DNA of 64,000 nucleotides from Eledone cirrhosa (Eukaryota): NCBI GenBank assembly GCA_964016885.1, contig OZ024743.1, positions 316,572,001 to 316,636,000 of the forward strand, read 5' to 3'. Shown piece by piece: positions 27,600 to 37,428 of this stretch (position 1 is its first letter; each line of letters starts with the position of its first letter). The notes under the pieces were generated by a model. It saw only the letters and a program-made list of their open reading frames with translations, ran no database searches and was not told where the DNA came from. The position numbers and the translations under genes were made by a program.

Positions 27600-29420
27600 A
27601 ATAACAACCCGCAAAATAACACTTCATATAACAGATTAATGCTATAGACATATGAATCGGAATGTAACCCTTGAACTTTTTCCTGGGAAAATTTATTCGA
27701 ACAGACATGACCTCATTGCCAGAGTGTTCAGACTGAAACTGGCTAAACTCATGGCTTTATTAAAAAAGGTCAGGTATTTGGGTCTGTAAAATGTGACATG
27801 TTCACCGTCGAATGGCAAAAACGAGGGCTGCCACATGCTCACATTTTGATTTGGTTAGCTGATAAAATCAATTCAAATGTCATAGACAGCTTCATTTCGG
27901 CTGAAATCCCTAACCCAGCAACTGACCAGGAATTACATGACATCGTCAAAGCTAACATGGCCCGTGTACTTCGGGTCCTAATGAGCATCACACGTGTCTG
28001 AAAGGAGGGTCGTGCAGTAAGGCATACCCCAACAAATTTGTTGACGAGACTCCGACTGGTGGCGATGGGTACCCCCTGTACAGGTGGAGACGGCCCGAGA
28101 ATGGTGGCTTCACCACAACAGTAAAGGGAGGTGAAGTCGACAATAGATGGGTGGTCCCTTATTGCCCGCTTCTCTTGAAGATGTTAAGCGCCCACATCAA
28201 CGTTGAATTTTGCAGCTCCGTCAAGTCTATAAAATCATATGCAAATATGTAAATAAGGGCTCTGATGAGGTCACAGAATACCTGACGGGGCGGTACATCA
28301 GTAGCAATGAAGCTTTTTGGCGCCTATTTGATTTCCCCCTACACCAACGTCACCCCGCCATCGTACAGCTTGCGGTACATTTAGAAAATGGGCAAAGGGT
28401 TTACTTTACGGACCAAACTGCCGCCAAGTTGGCCGCCGATCCGAAAGAGACCACTCTGACAGATTTCTTCAAACTTTGCCAGTTTGATACATTTGCGCAA
28501 ACAATTGTGTACCCCCAGGTTCCATCCGACTTTATATGGTCAAGAAACACTTGGGTGCGAAGAAAGTCAGGTCAGGCTGTTGAAAGACATCCTGGTGTAA
28601 AATTGAACAGCTGTCTTGGAAGGGTTTACACTGTGCCTCCAAGTCAACATGAGTGCTTTCATCTCCGCCTTCCTCTGCATGAAGTTGTAGGCTCACAAAG
28701 TTTTCAGGACCTCAAAACTGTTGATGGAGAAATATGTGATACGTACTGGGAAGCCTGCTTTAAGCGTGCTCTTTTGGAAGATGATTCGCAATGGGATTCC
28801 ACTTTAGCAGAGAGTGCTTTGTTGAAATCACCTAAAAGTCTACGAGAACTCTTTGCCATTTTGCTTCAAAAGTGTCAATTGGGTGATCCCAAATCTTTAT
28901 GGGTCAAGTACAGAGACTTCATGTCTGAGGACTTCCTGCACCTGGCTCATCTGCAGTATCCTTCAGTGGAAGTTGCTTACAGCGGCATTATCTACAACAG
29001 GGCACTCATTGATATCGAGGACGCCCTCCTCGACATGGGTGGGAGTGAGTTGGTGACGTATGGCTTGCTGTCAACCGTCACAGATGAAGCTAACACGTTG
29101 GCCCCAGATTTGTTGCAGGAAACAGCATATGACATCGAATCTCTTTCCCAATACTTAGAGGAAAATGAGCCCAAACGTCTGTCGGACCAAAGGTTGGCCT
29201 ATTTAACTATCATTGACGCGGTTCAAAATCCGACTGGGGGTATTTACTTTCTCGATGCTCCTGGGGTACCAGAAAAACTTTTGTAACAAAATTGACTCCC
29301 GCTAAGAATCGTCAGGAGAAAAAAATTGCGTTGACCGTTGCATCATCCGGGATCGCTGTTACTTTGCTGCCGGGAGCAGGACAGCACATTCAACCTTTAA
29401 ACTCCCCTTGGATTTAGTAA
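27600..29420 (+). pseudogene. Helitron RepHel pseudogene (HUH Rep plus start of the Pif1-like helicase)
   Basis: RHDLIARVF, VEWQKRGLPHAHILIWL (HUH), DNRWVVPY, HINVE, KYVNKG, YISSNEAFWRLF, LAVHLENGQ, FLDAPG (Walker A, frameshifted), GRTAHSTFKLPL; several frameshifts. Confidence 0.92.
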
Positions 29421-29494
29421 AATTCACTGGGTAGTTGGAGGACACTACCAGTGAATTTCCAACTGATAAGGTATGATTTTCATGGGTATGTCTC

Positions 29495-29595
29495 TGTTTA
29501 TAAAACAAACTTTGTATTTTTCTGATGAAAGCGTACCAATGTTGTCTTGGTACCCTTGAAATATATATAATAAAATAAATATGGTTTTATAAATA
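29495..29595 (+). ncRNA. Type I hammerhead ribozyme, same family as 7872-7952
   Basis: TATTTTT CTGATGA AAGCGTACCAA..TTGGTACCCTT GAAA TATATA TA ATAAAATA; flanks are homologous to 7855-7985. Confidence 0.75.
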
Positions 29596-29617
29596 TAGTT
29601 TCCATTTATTTAATATC

Positions 29618-30264
<647 letters not shown>

Positions 30265-30430
30265 CATCATCATCATCATTTTACGTCCGCATTTCCCTGC
30301 TTGCAAGGGTGGGACGGGAACTGATTCTGGCTTGATTTCTACAGCTGGATGCCCTTCCTAACACTAACCTCATTTACAGTGAGTGCTGGGTGCTTTTTTG
30401 CCGTGGCACCTTCACGACCACTTTGCAGTG
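30265..30430 (-). mobile_element. Short RTE-type 3' end with (CAT)n tail
   Basis: First ~40 bp after the tail match 31461-31501; the remainder matches the 3'-UTR block at 772-915. Confidence 0.8.
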
Positions 30431-30458
30431 GAATGATAGGGACCCCAGTCCCTATCAT

Positions 30459-30605
30459 CTCATTTCTACAGCTGAGTAAACTGGAGCAATGTGAAATAAA
30501 GTGTCTTGCTCAAGGAAACAACACATCACCTGGTCTGAGCATTGAACTCACAACCTTTCGATTGCAAGGCCAATACTCTAACCATTAAGCCATGTGCCTC
30601 CACAT
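30459..30605 (-). mobile_element. tRNA-derived SINE head/body
   Basis: Minus strand GGCACATGGCTTAATGGTTAGAG...GAGTTCAATGC...CCTTGAGCAAGACACTTTATTTCACATTGCTCCAG. Confidence 0.78.
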
Positions 30606-30897
30606 GATGTATGTAAATAATTGGGAAATGGTAAATATTCCATGTTATAATATAATATTTACACAGCAATTAGCATATTTTATTTTAATATGCACAGAAA
30701 AATAAAATGATGAATTTTTTAATTTAAAAATAAAATGGAAATATGATGAATTATGAAAATATAATCATGGTAATTCTATAAAAAATTCTTCCTTTAAAAT
30801 ATGAAAATACAATTAATTTCTGGTGACTTTATAGATATGTCCTTGAAGGATATATGAGCACCTAACTGAAGAAGGACCAATTTCATTCAATAGATAA

Positions 30898-31321
30898 CTA
30901 AATAGTGAAAATCACAAACAACAGAGCTAGTAGTAATAACATGTAGTTGATTACTACACCAAATGGAGCAGCATTACAGCCTACAGCCATCTTGAACACA
31001 ATAACATGTCTCTGTGAATACACCAGCTTCATCCCAAGCCCACTGGCAACCCCAAGCAACACCATCATATGTTCTGCTGGCACAACTTCGAGTTATCTTG
31101 ATCCAACCATTCCATCCAGGGCTTTGCTGATACCTTTTCATGCAAAACTGCCCAGGTACATTTGCTTCAAAGCTATTGCAATCAACCATTGCATTAACTC
31201 CTGTATCAAAGGATTCAGTTGAAGGACAAGAAAGATCTTCATTGCTGTCACACTGGTAGCACTGTATGGCAATACCCGCGGGTATATAAGCCAACGCAAT
31301 TAAAAATAAAAAGCACTTCAT
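30898..31321 (-). CDS. Intronless Ly6/uPAR three-finger-fold protein (quiver/sleepless-like). Ancestrally 138 aa and GPI-anchored; a 7-bp duplication truncates it to 115 aa (30974-31321)
   Basis: Signal peptide MKCFLFLIALAYIPAGIA, IQCYQC start, 10 Cys in the mature part, CYCxxDGC end. Removing one TACAGCC copy (30975-30988) restores ...DGCNAAPFGVVINYMLLLLALLFVIFTI*. Confidence 0.85.
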
Positions 31322-31373
31322 ATTAAAAGGTCCGTGTAAAATATGGCAGTACGTAATTACAGCACCTGGCTAC

Positions 31374-31438
<65 letters not shown>

Positions 31439-31950
31439 CATCATCATCATCATCATCATCATTTTACGTCCGCTTTTCCCTGCTTGCAAGGGTGGGACGG
31501 GTCTTATTCAGCACAGCATCTCTCCACTCGTCACGGTCCTTCGTCATCTCCACCGTGAGCTTCAATGATCTGAGGTCTATTCTCACCACCTCCGCCCATG
31601 TTTTTCGTGGTCTACCTCTACCACGTCTTCCTTCAGCTGGCATTTCCTGGCACTTCTTCACCCATCGGTCATCCTCCATGCGCATCACATGTCCATACCA
31701 CCTCAGTCTCCTCTCCCGTACACTACATTCTATCCCTCTCAGACACAGTTTCTCTCTCAACACATTTATGCTGGGTCGTTCACGCACATTTAGACTGCAC
31801 ATCCAACGGAGCATGCTTGCCTCATTTCTCTCCAGCCGTCGCATATCCTCTGAAGTTGCTGCCCATGTCTCACTACCATGCAGCATCGCGCTCCTCACAC
31901 AGGCATCATACAACCGGCCTTTCATACGAAGGGAGAAACCCTTCTTCGTC
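31439..31950 (-). mobile_element. RTE LINE 3' fragment, third subfamily (essentially no 3' UTR)
   Basis: GFSLRMKGRLYDAC...RRLRWYGHV...GRGRPRKTW running to the (CAT)n tail. Confidence 0.92.
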
Positions 31951-32044
31951 AACAGTCCATGCTGTAAAGTGGCGCTGGTGTTAGGAAGGGCATCCAACCA
32001 GTGTATCAATGCCAAAACGCTTATCATCACAGCAACAAATAGGA

Positions 32045-32099
<55 letters not shown>

Positions 32100-32347
32100 T
32101 ATATACATATATATACATACATATACACATATATATATATATATATATATGTAGATAAATCTACCAAGAGTTTACGGTAGTGTCCAATCCGTATGAAGAA
32201 CTCAATGTATTCCGGATATCATGGAAAGAAGAGATGTAATGAAAAATCACTTTCGGTGAAAGATAAACGGTATACAGAGTCAAGATAAAATATTAAACAA
32301 ATAATGAATAAAACAATGAAACAGTTCCTTATATTAAACAAAAAAAG

Positions 32348-32502
32348 TTCATTATTTAACGATCGTTTCTAGGATATATATGTGTTAGAATTGGCATGCA
32401 TATTCAACAGATCTATGTACAAAATTATACAAAATTATACAAACTATCAAGATTAAATATACATACCAAACACACATATACGCCGTCTTCAGAAATAATG
32501 AA
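32348..32502 (-). ncRNA. Type I hammerhead-like motif with expanded stem II, in Penelope pLTR-like DNA
   Basis: Minus strand: TTCATTATTT CTGAAGA CGGCGTATATGTGT...ACACATATATATCCTA GAAA CGATCG TT AAATAATGAA. 10-bp stem I and CGATCG palindrome. Confidence 0.7.
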
Positions 32503-33123
32503 ATATATTTATTGATAATAACAACAATTCAAAATTTCAGGTCCGTTTGGGAACAGAGTTCAAAATTGACCAATGAAAATACAAAAGGTTTTATGCAGTT
32601 TGGTGTGTGTATATACATGTAACTACCCCGTACACATATTTATACAAAGATGTATGCTCAACATGCATACGCATGCCAAAAAGATGCATGCAAATACAAA
32701 ATTTCAAGGTTAATGTCTCTGTAAGTTTATAATGCACAGATAAGATGCGTATAGACACATAAATATGAAATAAGTGTATACACATATTCTCATACTCACA
32801 CATATCCGTACACTCACACACACGCGCGCGTATATGCATAAACATACACATAATTACGAACATACATACACACACACACCCCCACACACATATATATATG
32901 TGGATATAATATTATCATAAGCACATGGATATTAATTCACTCACATAAACACTGCCACACACATTTAGATCAAGATACAGAAATTAGGTGGGAGGGGGGG
33001 AGAGGTCAGTATTCAACGGTTTGGGCAGACTGCTTATTTATAGATGTATCTATAAACTAAGAAATAAAAAATAAAAAATAAAAAGGAAAGAAAAGAAAAA
33101 GAAAAAAGAAATATATCAAGAAA

Positions 33124-33190
<67 letters not shown>

Positions 33191-33272
33191 CACACATCTA
33201 CACTTAGAACACACATACACACACATATATAAACATATACATATACACACATACACACATATACACACATAC

Positions 33273-33313
<41 letters not shown>

Positions 33314-33592
33314 TACACATATAATCACACATACATATATAGACACACATATATATACACATACACGCACATATACATACACATACATACTTATATACAT
33401 ACAGATATACACATACATACCTATATATACACACAAATACATACAGACATACATACATACATACACACAAATACTTACGCATCCATATATCGGTATATAC
33501 ATACAAACACCACTACACTCTCACACAACTCAGACATACAAAGAAAAAGGTATATACCTATACACATATACACATACAAATAGAGATACATA
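33124..33592. repeat. Degenerate TA/CA low-complexity tract
   Basis: Simple-sequence composition; the last ~115 bp recur at 62241-62355. Confidence 0.85.
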
Positions 33593-33994
33593 TCATCATC
33601 ATCATCATCATCATCAACGTTTAACGTCCGTGTTCCACGCTTGCATGGGTTTGGACGGGGGTAGTCCCACTTGAGGCAAGAGTGATTGTCTTGCTCGCAT
33701 AGGACTGTCTGGCAGGTTTTCTACAGTTGGATGCCCTTCCTAACACCAACCACATTTACAGTGTGGGTCTGGGAGGTTTTTACCGTGTTGCCTACACGGC
33801 CACATTACAGCGTGGACTGTGTGTTTTTTTGTCGTGACACCTACACGATCTCATTTGTTTCGGCCTCGATGGCGCGGCACCAACATAACTTTACATAGAA
33901 CGGGGTGGTGTGGATCGGGTGGGGGTGGTGGTGGTGGGACGGGGGTGTATTTTGTTAGAGATGCCTACTGGCTGGAGTAGGTTTTACTATATAT

Positions 33995-36900
33995 TTAGGT
34001 AAGGCGGGTCTTCTCTGTTACTGAGTACCGCCAAAGGTCTCGGTCCAGTGACATTGTCTTGGAGAGGTGTAAGTGTGTGATGTCGAAGTTTATCAGCTCG
34101 TCCCAGGTTTTTCTAGGTCTGCCTATTCCGTGACTACCGTCTATCTTTATTGCCCTGCACTTTGTTATACAGCTATCGACTTTCATGCGCATCACGTGTC
34201 CATACCAACGTAGCCTTCTCTCGAGTAAACAACATCTGATCCCTCTTATCTCTAATTTTTTCCTTAGTTCGTTTATGCTTTGCCGTTCACGTATATTACT
34301 GTTACACATCCAGCGGAGCATGCAAGCTTCGTTCCTCTCTAGTCTGCGTATATCCTCTGCACACAATGCCCAGGTCTCACTGCCATGCAGCATTGCTGTT
34401 CGTATGCAGGCATCGTACAACCTGCCTTTCATTTTTAGTGAGAACCCTTTAGCAGCTAATAGTGGTATAAGCTCTCTGAACTTTTTCCAACCAGTTCTGA
34501 CTCTAGCTACAGTACTTTCAGAGCACCCTCCCCCACTGGACTCTAGCTACAGTACTTTCAGAGCACCCTCCCCCACTGCTGATTTTATCGCCCAGGTAAC
34601 GGAAGCTGTCCACTATTTCTATAGAACCCTCTGCGCAATTGAAAGAGCTAGTAGTTTGTGGGCACTTGCTGCTACTTATTGCACCAGAGCACCGGCCACA
34701 TGTAAAATCTATGTTCTTAGTTAGCTTACCTGTGATCCCACTACATCTTTTATGCACCCATACTTTGCATTTAGGACATAAAATGGAGTTTCTACCTACG
34801 CCTTTCCTACACACCGAGCACGACCATTTCCCAGAAGGGACCGCCGCCTTGTTTTCTTTCCTACAAACTAGTACTTTGGTCTTAGCCAGGTTAATTTTAA
34901 GTCCTTTTGACTCTAGGCCGTGCTTCCATGTTTGGATTTTCTTCTCTAGCTCGGCCATTGATTCCGCTATGAGTGTCAGGTCGTCTGCGTATAGGAGTTC
35001 CCATGGGCAGCCTGTCTTGAACTCCTCTGTTATAGCCTGAAGGGCAATAATAAATAGTAGTGGACTGAGAACAGAGCCCTGATGGACGCCAACTTTTACG
35101 CTAAACTCTTCACTATATTCGTTGTTAATTCTAACCTTGCTGACTGTTTCTTTATACATGGCTTGTATAGCCCTCACAAGCCATTCGTCAACGCCTAGTT
35201 TTCTAAGAGCCCACCAGATAATGGAGCGGGGGACTCTGTCGAAGGCTTTCTCCAAGTCGACAAAAGCTAAGTAGAGGGGTTTACCTTTAGCTAGGTACTT
35301 CTCCTGTAGTTGTCGTACTATGAAAAGAGCGTCTGTGGTACTTTTGCCTGACACAAACCCGAACTGCATTTCATCTAGGTCAATTCTCTCTCTGATTAGT
35401 TGCGCTATTACTTTTTCCGTGACCTTCATGACCTGGTCGATTAATTTAATGCCTCTATAGTTACTCCTATCTAGGGCGTCTCCTTTACCCTTATAACAGT
35501 TAACGATGATGCTGCTATGCCAGTCCTTCGGAACAACCCCATTCTGTACGACTTGGTTAACTATGCGGGTGACCATGGTGTGTCCCACCGTGCCAGATGC
35601 CTTCAGCATCTCAGCAACTATTTCCGAAGGCCCAGCCGCCTTACCAGTCTTCATATCCTTGATTGCCTTACTTATTATACTCCCCTCGACTAACACTGCT
35701 GGTCCCTCTATTGGGTCGATATGGGGGAGACTGCCTTTCTCCCAATTATTCTCCTCATTTAGTAGCCTTTCATAGTGACACTTCCAAGCTACCTTCTTAT
35801 CAGCGTCGGTGATGGCAAGTGTGCCATCGTCGTTTAGTACACACTTCTCCCCGACAATATCACGGTTTTCCTTGACGCATTGCCTAGCAATCCTGAACAC
35901 CTCACGTTTTTGGTCATCGCGTTGTAGAACATGCTTGAACTTTCTTTCCTCAGCTTCCCTTCTTGCTAAGTACACTTGTCTCCTAGCTTCCCTCCTGGCC
36001 ACTTGATAGTCTTCTCTACTTCCCCCATCCCGCCATACTTTCCAAGCCTGCTTTTTGGCCTTAATTGACCCCTCCACCTTACTGTTCCACCACCATGTTA
36101 CTCTCCTCCTGCCTACAGGCCTGCTCCAGCCACAGACCTCGTCTGTCGCCAACAGCAGGTTTGCTTTCAGAAATTCCCACTCTCCCTCTATATTGTCCGA
36201 CTCTAAATGTTCTTCCTTACTGTCGAAAGCATCAAGTAATATGCTTTGAAATTTATTCCTGGCTGTGGGGTCCTTTAGCTTCCATATTTTCCTCCTGAGG
36301 ATAGTCCTCTTCTGTTGTCGAGTACGTCTCGTCCTGACTATGAGGTCGCTAATTATCAGTCTATGTTGGGAGGTGCATTCTTCATGGGGGAGGGATTTAG
36401 TGTTAACAACAGACACTCTGTCACGTCTTCTGGTAAGGATATAATCTACCTGGCTTGTGTGTTCCCCGGATCTATAGGTGATCAGGTGATTGTCACGTTT
36501 TTTGAAGTTAGTGTTACAGATAGTTAGGTTATTTGCATCACAGAATTCCAGGATTCTGGCGCCTTCCTCATTTCTAGTACCAAACCCATAGCCTCCATGG
36601 ATTTCGTCGTAGCCGTCACAATGTTGTCCAACGTGACCATTTAGGTCGCCTGCGATAATTATATAGTCACTGTCGGATATTTGGGAGGTAGTTAGCATCA
36701 GTGTCTCATAGAATCTGTCTTTTATAGTGCCGGGCAGTCCGGATTGGGGTGCGTACGCAGATATTACTGTCACCGTAGTTCTATTGAGGACAAGTCGTAT
36801 TTTAATTATTCTGTCGTTCACTCTATTTACGTCTATTATCTTATCTGCCCACTTTTCTGCTACCATGATTCCTACTCCACCCAGCCCATCGTCGTTTCCC

Positions 36901-37075
36901 ACCAGAAAAGCTTATAACATCGTTTTTTACCCTCAATGAACCTAGCAGACCCACCCCTCCTCCTGGTCTCTTGAATACAACAAACATCGACCTCCTTACG
37001 TTCAAGCATTTCTACAACCTCGTTAGCGCGACCCTTTAGGGTGCCTACATTTATGGTACCAACTCTGAAGTTTTG
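33995..37075 (-). pseudogene. APE endonuclease-reverse transcriptase ORF with two frameshifts
   Basis: Frameshift near 36903 (KLFW/GNDDG) and a 40-bp tandem duplication at 34499-34578; otherwise open. Confidence 0.9.
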
Positions 37076-37324
37076 GATTGCGTTTGGGGGTTGGGGGCGG
37101 TGGGGGCGAGGGGCGATGGGGTTATGTTAGCCGTCCGCGGTCGAAACAATGAGGAGTGCTCGCATTCTCGTCCAAGAGGTGAATTTGTCTTTATCTTTGG
37201 CATTGTCGCTGAGCGTCCAGATTTTTCTCTCTCACCTCCACTCTCCAGGATTCCGCAGTCCATCCATCCATCATATATCGTATATCGAAAGGCAACCGGG
37301 CAAGCGATAGTATAGGCCTCTGGT

Positions 37325-37415
37325 TTCTGATTGGTCCGCGTAATAATACTGGTGATGCGTGGGGGCTCTGTTTTATGATTGGTCCACGTAATAGCAATGG
37401 TGGTGCGTGGGGGTG
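37325..37415 (-). promoter_or_regulatory. Two ~49-bp direct repeats, each with a CCAAT box, in the LINE 5' UTR
   Basis: TGATTGGTCCRCGTAATA occurs at 37328 and 37377 (GGACCAATCA on the minus strand). Confidence 0.45.
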
Positions 37416-37428
37416 GGAGGGGTGTTGG

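Larger units (their letters stand above)
26480..29420 (+). mobile_element. Helitron, decayed and 3'-truncated
   Basis: Rep/helicase remnants at 27600-29420. The 5' boundary is inferred from a TATATAAAACGGTAGATGTCTGTGTGT start typical of invertebrate Helitrons and is less certain. Confidence 0.75.
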
